A stretch of 64,000 nt of DNA from Halorutilales archaeon Cl-col2-1 (lineage in GTDB: Archaea; Halobacteriota; Halobacteria; Halobacteriales; Afararchaeaceae), in the NCBI GenBank assembly GCA_041891055.1, contig CP169074.1, forward strand, positions 1,664,001-1,728,000. Reading direction: 5' to 3'. Shown here in pieces: positions 10,324 to 19,089 of the stretch; position 1 is the stretch's first letter; each line of letters starts with the position of its first letter. A program made the translations under genes and the position numbers. The notes under the pieces are model-generated. The model had not been told where the DNA came from, made no database searches, and worked only from the letters and a program-made list of their open reading frames with translations.

Positions 10324-10356
10324 TTTTATTAACAAATCTTATGTACTGTCCTAAGG
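10324..10356 (+). promoter_or_regulatory. Putative cas6 operon promoter (TATA-like TTTTATTAA) with guide target 10342-10353 and PAM 10354-10356
   Basis: TATA about 30 nt upstream of GTG 10358; minus strand reads CCT-TAGGACAGTACA. Confidence 0.65.
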
Positions 10357-10357
10357 G

Positions 10358-11099
10358 GTGTTAAGAAATCAGACTATACATTCGATCAGATAGCGGGAAA
10401 AAACCCCGGTTCCAATTGCCCTGGAACTACCACATGTCTTTCCAGAGTTTCATATACCAAGCTCTGGACAAATACGAGCCGGAGATAGCTACCAAACTAC
10501 ATCAATACCCTCATGCACCACCATTCTCGTTCAGCGAATTCATCCAAACCGGTCCTTTTCAGGCTACAGATGATGGGCTAATGTGTGAGAGCGGATATTG
10601 GATCGTCACGTCTGACGATAAGAGAATCATAGACGCTGTGGCTAACCATGCTCAACATGATAGCAAGCTAACTCTCGGACACACAACAATCCCCGTCACT
10701 GGAGTAGATATTGAGAAGATCCAGGGTAAGGAGAAAGAGAGGTACAAGTCTACGAGTCCGATATACGTAAGTCAAAGAGGAGAAGATGGAGAAGTAGAGG
10801 ATCTTTTCCCAGAAGACGGAATGTGGTACTCTCGTCTGAAGGACAGCGTTAGAGATAGGATTCGTCATGAGAGAACTCTCCCAGATGATTTCCAGTTTAT
10901 CATCGATGAAGTCCATTGGTCGAAGAAAAAACGCCTACGTTCGGGAGATGGATGGCGATCCTGTTCTCGACTAGAGTTAACGATCAGATCCGATCTAGAG
11001 ACGAGTGAGTTCATTCAGCAACAAGGGCTCGGAGAAAAAACTGGGATGGGTTTTGGTAATCTCATGCCCACCAATGAAATCCCGGAGGAGTGGCGATGA
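10358..11099 (+). CDS. cas6: CRISPR-associated endoribonuclease Cas6 (N-terminus apparently frameshifted; intact ORF from TTG 10416)
   Basis: LPWNYH, FSFS and C-terminal GLGEKTGMGFG glycine loop. Confidence 0.9.
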
Positions 11100-13009
11100 G
11101 TATTCAAGCAGATATTGAAAAGTTTGAGGAAGGAAAAGAGAAGAAACTTCTCTTCAAGCTCTCCCAAGATGCATTCGTAAATGAGGGGGCGGTCGAAATG
11201 GCGAGGGGTCTTGGGGACTTAGTGGAGATAGAAAGCAACAAGATACTGATTAACTCAGAGGCTTCGAAATCAGAAGTAGCAGAGCGGGTAGAAGATATAT
11301 TAAGAGAAGGATTATCTCAGACACACCGGAGAACTAACGTAGCTCACCAGATTAACGATACTGTTGATGAGAGAGACGAGTTAGATGATAGCCTGAGAGT
11401 AGGTGCACCAAACACACATTTTCCGATGGATTCTGACGAAGATGAGACGGTGTACGAAAATGATACAGTTAATATTGAAGAGCTAAGAAATGTCGGCATA
11501 GATCCATCGGAGATAGATATAGACGAAGGTGATGAAAAGAGCCTCTATACGCTTTCGCCGACATTCGTAGGAAGACCACAGCCGGGAAGATACGGTTTCC
11601 AAGCCTCCCTCGATAACACTGAGGATTACTTTGATATATTTACGAAATACATAGAAGGCGAATATGAAGGATCAGAGGATGACTACTGTACCAACTGTGG
11701 TTCCAGTGGAATACCAAGCTGGCAGGTGGAGGACGAAGAAGGAAATAAAATTAAACTAGAGCACAGCCAAGCATCCTCAATACTGTTAACTAAGTCGAGT
11801 AATCCGTCTCCTCTTGGTCAGGGGTCACCCAAAAGCAGTTATCAAGGTAGATGTGTTTCGTGTCTTATAGCAGGATTCTATTACACGCTGATCGAGAAAG
11901 CAGTTCGTCTCGTAAGTTTCGATGATGGGGGAGAATACCGTATTTTTACTCCAGTAGGTGACTTTGAGGAGTTACGTAATATACGCGGAGATCTGACTAA
12001 CATCTGGGAAAGCGGAGGTGAAGGAGGAAGAACTATTAATGAACCTACATCGAACAGCAAAGCTCGGCAGCAGAATATAGGATCTACAAGAAGTAGATCC
12101 AAGGGGATACAGATACTCGACTTCTTCAGCGAGGTTCTCAGACAGGGTAATATAGATATTGTAGGAGGAGAATACTCTAAAGAGACGATTCACAGACCCA
12201 CTTCTCTAATAACTTATATTACCTCTCCAATGAAGAGTGGCAACTATGTTAGAGAGATAAAGTCGTTTGAAAGTGTGGATTCGGACAGTTGGATATACGA
12301 AGTTGTCCGTGAGAGAGAGTTAGAACCAGAAGGTCAAGAAGATGAAGATTGGGATGAGAGTTACTGGGCTGTACCCGACGTTTTGTCTTGGTTTGCAAAT
12401 ATATCCCAGAATAGCGAGGAAGTTGGAATAGACGAGAAGGATATGATTGGCTACGGGATAATAGAGAAGGATCTAAAACAGATAGAGAGAGGTCTATTCG
12501 AGCTTCTGAAGAAAGTCGAGAAAGAGAAGGGGGAAATAACTCCCTATATGTTACCCATCGCAAAAACAAGAAACTATTTCGGAGATATCATGAGACAATC
12601 AGCAAGCACTGAGAGTATAGACAGTGAACAGATCGAGAGCATCACGAATGTAGCCTCCAACCTTGGGGGGATGTTCTATGACAGGGATAATATAAGCGTG
12701 CTAATATCCCTCCAGAGCTCGAACACTCCCTCCGAGTTTTTACAAGCATTCGAGAAGGCGTCTATGCAGGCTCAAAAGATGATAACTGACGAAGGTGAAG
12801 GAGGAGAGGATGAGGAGTTCCGAAGAAAGGCAATAAACCGCTGGTCGGGAAAAGAAGACATCGAGACTGTTCTTGAATTAATAACAGATCCAGACAAGTT
12901 TGAGGACGCAAAAAGAATGTTCGTTATACAAGCATCGCTGTCGGCACATTACCAGAATAGTGTAAAGAACTACCAAGAGAGCCAGTCAGATACTGGAGGT
13001 GATCAGTAA
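11090..13009 (+). CDS. cas8: Type I large subunit Cas8 (Cst1/CXXC_CXXC-like) with C-terminal small-subunit domain
   Basis: Located between cas6 and cas7; CTNC and CVSC motifs; helical C-terminus. Confidence 0.8.
   Translation: MAMSIQADIEKFEEGKEKKLLFKLSQDAFVNEGAVEMARGLGDLVEIESNKILINSEASKSEVAERVEDILREGLSQTHRRTNVAHQINDTVDERDELDDSLRVGAPNTHFPMDSDEDETVYENDTVNIEELRNVGIDPSEIDIDEGDEKSLYTLSPTFVGRPQPGRYGFQASLDNTEDYFDIFTKYIEGEYEGSEDDYCTNCGSSGIPSWQVEDEEGNKIKLEHSQASSILLTKSSNPSPLGQGSPKSSYQGRCVSCLIAGFYYTLIEKAVRLVSFDDGGEYRIFTPVGDFEELRNIRGDLTNIWESGGEGGRTINEPTSNSKARQQNIGSTRSRSKGIQILDFFSEVLRQGNIDIVGGEYSKETIHRPTSLITYITSPMKSGNYVREIKSFESVDSDSWIYEVVRERELEPEGQEDEDWDESYWAVPDVLSWFANISQNSEEVGIDEKDMIGYGIIEKDLKQIERGLFELLKKVEKEKGEITPYMLPIAKTRNYFGDIMRQSASTESIDSEQIESITNVASNLGGMFYDRDNISVLISLQSSNTPSEFLQAFEKASMQAQKMITDEGEGGEDEEFRRKAINRWSGKEDIETVLELITDPDKFEDAKRMFVIQASLSAHYQNSVKNYQESQSDTGGDQ
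12590..13009 (+). CDS. cas11: Putative internally translated Cas11 small subunit (139 aa)
   Basis: GGAG SD-like motif 5 nt before in-frame ATG (GGAGATATCATG) at the start of the C-terminal domain. Confidence 0.6.
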   Translation: MRQSASTESIDSEQIESITNVASNLGGMFYDRDNISVLISLQSSNTPSEFLQAFEKASMQAQKMITDEGEGGEDEEFRRKAINRWSGKEDIETVLELITDPDKFEDAKRMFVIQASLSAHYQNSVKNYQESQSDTGGDQ

Positions 13010-13947
13010 TGAAAGCAATAGGTATGAACTACCTGACCTATGTAGACCTCGGGAATCATAACGCAGGAGAAGGAGGAAGTCAATTATCCGACCTCAAAAA
13101 GTACGGAAACAAGCCCTACATCAGTGGACAGGCATACCGACACTCAATCAAAGACGCTCTGAAAGCAATAGTCGATGACTTGAGTACTGTAGACTGCACT
13201 CCGAGGAACGCATGTGGGGACATAGAGAACTGCAAGCTGTGTGACCTATTCGGTTACATGAATACTGATCTAGAACCCGATGACGGAGAACCCAATCCAA
13301 ATAGAGTTTCACCGCTTAGGGTTAGTCCTCTAGTTGGGCAGTATGACATGCCGATAACGACAGATCTCGTCGTCCAATACGATGTAGAAGGCGATAATCG
13401 TATGGCACGCCGGGAAATAGAGGAGAACGTATTCAAGGGAGGGATTGCGCTGGATCTAGATTCTATAGGAAGACGAGAGAATGAGGAAGTCAATACAGAC
13501 AGGGACTACGACGAGCAGTATCATCGTGAGCTTGAAAACGAGATAGACGAAGACGAGAGGAAAGAAAGAGCGAAGGAACTCATAGATGCTGTTCAAAACA
13601 GCACACAGCTAGCAGGTCAGGCTCGCCACATGGCAGATTTCATGCCGGATCTTCTGGTAGTCTCAAGCCAAGACCAGTACAACCAGAGAGTAAGCAATGC
13701 ATTACATGTTGACCCCGAATCCGGCGAACTCAACACAAAATCCTTCGAGAGCGTACTCCAAGACCTCACTAATATGGAGTCTGACGGTGAGGGGAAGGTG
13801 TGGGTCGCTGGAACGTATAACCCCGAAGTAATCTCAAACTGGGATGAAGTGATGGAAACCGCCGAAGAAATTGAGGGAGTGACTATTGTTGATACCGTAA
13901 GTGGATGTTATGAGGCGGTAAAAGAAGAAATCGACTCGGAACTATAG
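13009..13947 (+). CDS. cas7: Cas7 (Cst2/DevR family)
   Basis: N.GE, PYISGQAYRH, CDLFGYM and RVSPLRVS motifs. Confidence 0.9.
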   Translation: MKAIGMNYLTYVDLGNHNAGEGGSQLSDLKKYGNKPYISGQAYRHSIKDALKAIVDDLSTVDCTPRNACGDIENCKLCDLFGYMNTDLEPDDGEPNPNRVSPLRVSPLVGQYDMPITTDLVVQYDVEGDNRMARREIEENVFKGGIALDLDSIGRRENEEVNTDRDYDEQYHRELENEIDEDERKERAKELIDAVQNSTQLAGQARHMADFMPDLLVVSSQDQYNQRVSNALHVDPESGELNTKSFESVLQDLTNMESDGEGKVWVAGTYNPEVISNWDEVMETAEEIEGVTIVDTVSGCYEAVKEEIDSEL

Positions 13948-13951
13948 TATA

Positions 13952-14677
13952 ATGACCCAACAGATCCTCCGAGCTACGCTTGACGTACCTTTCGAGTGTG
14001 CATTTAGAGACCCAGACTCGATGAACGCCTTACCTACATACAGTGTTCCACCAGTTACTACACTCCAAGGAATGCTATATGCTGCACTTGCACGTCCTTC
14101 CCTACTTTTCCAGTCAGGTAGAAGCCGGTATATTCCAAAAGACCTGAGAGATGATGAGGAAGAGTTTCGTAGGGAGGTTCAAGACAAGTGTCAGTTTGGC
14201 ATAAGAGTCATAGAACAAGGGAAAGAGTACAACGGTCTGAAGACTCGTCAGAAGATGGAGGATAAAAGAGGGCAAAATGACGCGAGGTATAAAAGCTATG
14301 TGACAAATGAGGAAACTTTGATCGAGCCCACATTTCGGATTTATATAACTGAAAATGGAGGGGAGGAATACCTAGATATATTCAAGCAAGCTCTTGAAGA
14401 TCCTTCTCGAATGCTGTATTTAGGACGCTCAGATGATATAGTAGATGTATGTGATGTTCATCTCATTGAAGCCGAGAAGGTAAACAAAACCAAGAGTCTG
14501 GACTGTGTCGTCCCAAGTGCTGAAGGAGAGCATCTAGAGATGTTGCCCGTGGAGCCAGATCACAGATCCGGTCGTTCTACAAAGCCTCCAAGAGTCAAGG
14601 CAGTTTCAATAGATGGTGCCGAGGTGGGTAGTTATTATCGTACTTCAGATGGGGAAGAGTTTGTATTTATAACTTGA
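13952..14677 (+). CDS. cas5: Cas5
   Basis: AFR.P, TYSVPPVTTLQGML and LYLGRSDD motifs. Confidence 0.92.
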   Translation: MTQQILRATLDVPFECAFRDPDSMNALPTYSVPPVTTLQGMLYAALARPSLLFQSGRSRYIPKDLRDDEEEFRREVQDKCQFGIRVIEQGKEYNGLKTRQKMEDKRGQNDARYKSYVTNEETLIEPTFRIYITENGGEEYLDIFKQALEDPSRMLYLGRSDDIVDVCDVHLIEAEKVNKTKSLDCVVPSAEGEHLEMLPVEPDHRSGRSTKPPRVKAVSIDGAEVGSYYRTSDGEEFVFIT

Positions 14678-14721
14678 TTCTTTTTTAAGTTTTTCTCAGC
14701 TTCCGTCGAAGAGTTGAACTA

Positions 14722-17238
14722 ATTTCAATCCCACTTAGGCACTATTACGACTCCGAGACGCTCAGAACCTTGACCGAGAACATGAGACAATTTCAATCCC
14801 ACTTAGGCACTATTACGACGAACGAGTCTCTTCGTATCCTCCTATCGATACCATCATTTCAATCCCACTTAGGCACTATTACGACTCCGAGACGCTCAGA
14901 ACCTTGACCGAGAACATGAGACAATTTCAATCCCACTTAGGCACTATTACGACGAACGAGTCTCTTCGTATCCTCCTATCGATACCATCATTTCAATCCC
15001 ACTTAGGCACTATTACGACAGTTCCTCCATGCGTTCGCTCCAAGCCGACTTAGTCGAATTTCAATCCCACTTAGGCACTATTACGACAGTTCCTCCATGC
15101 GTTCGCTCCAAGCCGACTTAGTCGAATTTCAATCCCACTTAGGCACTATTACGACAGTTCCTCCATGCGTTCGCTCCAAGCCGACTTAGTCGAATTTCAA
15201 TCCCACTTAGGCACTATTACGACAGTTCCTCCATGCGTTCGCTCCAAGCCGACTTAGTCGAATTTCAATCCCACTTAGGCACTATTACGACAGTTCCTCC
15301 ATGCGTTCGCTCCAAGCCGACTTAGTCGAATTTCAATCCCACTTAGGCACTATTACGACACGTCTTCGTCAACGAAACTTATTCCGCTGTCGATCAATTT
15401 CAATCCCACTTAGGCACTATTACGACATCATCCACGCGAACCACCAGTGCTTCAGAGGCGTCATTTCAATCCCACTTAGGCACTATTACGACCGTATCTG
15501 ACCTGCCGGACAGGGGCTTTCGAGCACCGAAATTTCAATCCCACTTAGGCACTATTACGACCCGGGCGATGCGCGCGGATATGCGGAGCAGTTAATCCAT
15601 TTCAATCCCACTTAGGCACTATTACGACCAACTGGAACGGACTAATGAGGACTCTTGGAGGACTATTTCAATCCCACTTAGGCACTATTACGACAACTTC
15701 GTAGTCTACATCAAAGTCTTCGTTGTCATCATTTCAATCCCACTTAGGCACTATTACGACAACTTCGTAGTCTACATCAAAGTCTTCGTTGTCATCATTT
15801 CAATCCCACTTAGGCACTATTACGACAACTTCGTAGTCTACATCAAAGTCTTCGTTGTCATCATTTCAATCCCACTTAGGCACTATTACGACTTTGAGAT
15901 TGATCCAGACGATTCTTCTCCCTGGCGTTATTTCAATCCCACTTAGGCACTATTACGACCGTAGCCGCGCCGCTAAACGCTCCCTCGAGGAGACTCGCAT
16001 TTCAATCCCACTTAGGCACTATTACGACGAGAACGAGGTCGCGCGCGAAACGAGAGAGTATCTTGAATTTCAATCCCACTTAGGCACTATTACGACGGCA
16101 AAAAACGGAGTCGCTGAATCGAGCGGTCGAGGATATTTCAATCCCACTTAGGCACTATTACGACACGACTGCGAAACCAGCCCTCGACTGAGGATAGATG
16201 GGATTTCAATCCCACTTAGGCACTATTACGACTATGCCGGCGAGCCAGCTATATTGAGGAGCCGAGTCATTTCAATCCCACTTAGGCACTATTACGACTC
16301 GGAGAAAGCCAACTCTGATGACATGGTGCTCGAAGAATTTCAATCCCACTTAGGCACTATTACGACAATATCTCGAAGAGAAGTCGGGAGTCGATGAATC
16401 ATATTTCAATCCCACTTAGGCACTATTACGACAATACGGCGAGAGACAATCATAGTTCGTTCTTTGACATTTCAATCCCACTTAGGCACTATTACGACCA
16501 GCGACTCCTATATTTCAGGACCGGCACATGGAGAAATTTCAATCCCACTTAGGCACTATTACGACTCAGGACCCGCACATGGAGAAGGGGATAACGCGTT
16601 CATTTCAATCCCACTTAGGCACTATTACGACGGAAGGTAACTGGACAAACATCGATGAGTCTAAATTCCCATTTCAATCCCACTTAGGCACTATTACGAC
16701 TATGAGATCGGATCCTCTGAGATCGGCATCTTCGAGATATTTCAATCCCACTTAGGCACTATTACGACACGATCCCGCCGCGGAGTATGAGGACAGTCTA
16801 TGGCATTTCAATCCCACTTAGGCACTATTACGACTCTCCATCTCGGAATCGGATGTCACCGTCTCTCGCCAATTTCAATCCCACTTAGGCACTATTACGA
16901 CAAGTTCGAGAGCTACACGTTCGACCTCGCAGTCGGTCATTTCAATCCCACTTAGGCACTATTACGACAGAGACTTAATCAAGATCCAGAAACGCGACCG
17001 GCAATATTTCAATCCCACTTAGGCACTATTACGACCCGTTATACTGAACGGTCGTCGAGTCGGTAATCAGTTCATTTCAATCCCACTTAGGCACTATTAC
17101 GACCGCCGGCAGAACTCCCAGTTTCTCGACTATGACTTCATTTCAATCCCACTTAGGCACTATTACGACTGCATATCTTCTTGATCGGCATCTTCGACAC
17201 ACTCTCGCATTTCAATCCCACTTAGGCACTATTACGAC
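14722..17238 (-). CRISPR. CRISPR array: 38 identical 30-bp repeats (sense GTCGTAATAGTGCCTAAGTGGGATTGAAAT), 37 spacers of ~36-39 bp (29 distinct)
   Basis: Counted directly; orientation from the ATTGAAA(T) 3' end and the AT-rich leader on the cas2 side. Confidence 0.98.
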
Positions 17239-17354
17239 CTAGAGTAAGAAATTTATACTAGATAAGTGTTCTTGAAGTATTAGCCTTCAAAGATAGGCTT
17301 TTCTTCGCTAGCCCATGTGGTAATGTAATCTGGTATAAAGGGGCTAGAATCGAA
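17239..17354 (-). promoter_or_regulatory. CRISPR leader
   Basis: AT-rich non-coding segment between the cas2 stop and the first repeat. Confidence 0.7.
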
Positions 17355-17618
17355 TCATAAGAATCGATTATCTTCTAAAGACTCACCAATTGTCTCTGTC
17401 TCGACCCAATCCGGATTAGAAACCTTATACACAATAACTTGATCATCCCCTTGGACAAGCCCATCCAGACCAGACTTTATTTCCTTATACTCGCTCTGAG
17501 TTAATTCCCCATCAAAAACACTATTTTGCCTCCAAGTTAGCCATTTTCGTAAGTAGTCACATAGCTTTTGAGTTCTACTTGCTTTAACATCGTATACTAT
17601 TATAACGTTCATTTTCAT
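17355..17618 (-). CDS. cas2: Cas2
   Basis: VIIVYDV and QNSVFDGEL motifs. Confidence 0.95.
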   Translation of the reverse strand: MKMNVIIVYDVKASRTQKLCDYLRKWLTWRQNSVFDGELTQSEYKEIKSGLDGLVQGDDQVIVYKVSNPDWVETETIGESLEDNRFL

Positions 17619-18595
17619 CTAGCAGTTGTTGGTTGATACTCTTCTATCTCCAGAATATGCTTAGTTATGCGATGGCATTCCTGACGTATCCATCGTCTCC
17701 AAGACATATTACGTCTGATTTGAGGATGTTTCCTAGTTTGCAGTAGACGTTCATCGAAAGCATCAACAAAAGTCGATTTAGCAGATTCATTCATACTACA
17801 GAAGTCCCCTTCCTTCTCGAAATCGTCAGGGGTTATTTTTCCTTGGTTAGCTAGACCTATAATCAGCCTGTCAACTATCAGAGGCTTGAAAATTTCAGCG
17901 ATATCCAGACTTAGACTATACCGTCTCTCGTGTGGCTCGTGGAGAAAACTCACTGTCTGGTCAAGACGTGTATGATATATTTCTGTTACTATAGAACCAT
18001 ATAACATTGAATTACCATAACTCATTAAACTATTAGAAGGATCTTCGGGAGGATTCTTAGAACGACCGTTCAATTCCATTCCATCAGCGATTACGTGGTC
18101 AAAACCATCGTAGTATATCTTACGTGCCTCACCTTCGATTTCCATTAATTCAGGTATAGACTCTGCATTCTCGAGAAGCTGTTTTCTAAGTTCAAGTTCT
18201 TCATCAGCTATACAGCAATTGTTTTCCCCATATCTAAGTAGGGTTAGCCTAAGGTTTTCTATACTACCTTTGACGAATTTTCGAGCTAACTTCAGACGCT
18301 TTTCTTCGTCTAAATAATATTCAGACTGTTTTGTCACACACATCCCACTCAGAATAGGCTTAGGTGGCTGAAAACAGCCTAAATACTTGCCGCCATAACT
18401 AAAGACATGTAATGTTGTGTTGGTTTCTTCAAGTAGATCATGGACTCCAGGGGTTATGGTAATCCCCTCAGTAGCGAATATATCATAGACTTTCTCAATA
18501 GGAATTGGTGTCTTGTCGTTCTCAGTTTCGAAATAAAGAGTGTTCCGTTCCCGAGTTAAGGTTCCCCTTGAATTTATGTAATATCTATCTTTCAT
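17615..18595 (-). CDS. cas1: Cas1 (type I-B)
   Basis: MEIEG, PPEDPSNSLMSYGNSMLY, FLHEP and SLSLDIAEIFKP motifs. Confidence 0.96.
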   Translation of the reverse strand: MKDRYYINSRGTLTRERNTLYFETENDKTPIPIEKVYDIFATEGITITPGVHDLLEETNTTLHVFSYGGKYLGCFQPPKPILSGMCVTKQSEYYLDEEKRLKLARKFVKGSIENLRLTLLRYGENNCCIADEELELRKQLLENAESIPELMEIEGEARKIYYDGFDHVIADGMELNGRSKNPPEDPSNSLMSYGNSMLYGSIVTEIYHTRLDQTVSFLHEPHERRYSLSLDIAEIFKPLIVDRLIIGLANQGKITPDDFEKEGDFCSMNESAKSTFVDAFDERLLQTRKHPQIRRNMSWRRWIRQECHRITKHILEIEEYQPTTAR

Positions 18596-19089
18596 GCAAA
18601 ACAGAACTCCCTCATACTACATTTTTTACAGGCAGTTTTCCACTCCGGATCTGGACAATCCCCCTCGATAATCTCTCGTATGTTTTTAGTCACCTCATCA
18701 TGTCTTTTCTGGATGTCTTCAGACCAATCCATCTCTTTTTTTGTGCTTTCTTCAGGGTATCTTAGAATACCCACAACTTCAGTTTCTTTTTCCGAGTGGA
18801 GTAAATGCATATAATGAATCAGTTGTATTTCATCAGCATCTTGATACGTAGAGGAGCGTTTGACCTCGTTTATCTCTATTTTGTCCCCCTTGCGTATGAA
18901 ATCTATCTGATTATTTCCGATATTTTTTGTATCTTCTCTCTTGAAGCTATCTGAGTCAAGTAATTCCCCAAGCTTCACGTATTCGTTCTCATCTGCATAA
19001 AGAATCCTATAATGGTGGTACCAGAGCTTAGTTTTACATATTGTATAGTAGTGATAGTGCTGTCCAGTAAGCTCTCTTTCAGATATCAT
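18592..19089 (-). CDS. cas4: Cas4
   Basis: N-terminal Cys, EVK, QL..Y and C-terminal CKKCSMREFC Fe-S motif. Confidence 0.95.
   Translation of the reverse strand: MISERELTGQHYHYYTICKTKLWYHHYRILYADENEYVKLGELLDSDSFKREDTKNIGNNQIDFIRKGDKIEINEVKRSSTYQDADEIQLIHYMHLLHSEKETEVVGILRYPEESTKKEMDWSEDIQKRHDEVTKNIREIIEGDCPDPEWKTACKKCSMREFCFA

Noticed and set aside
15301-16755. ORF-track ORFs inside the CRISPR array
   Set aside because: They are translations of repeats and spacers (FQSHLGTITT), not genes
14752-17208. Self-targeting spacers
   Set aside because: Spot checks found only short (about 12 nt) chance matches in the window; not exhaustive, needs BLAST
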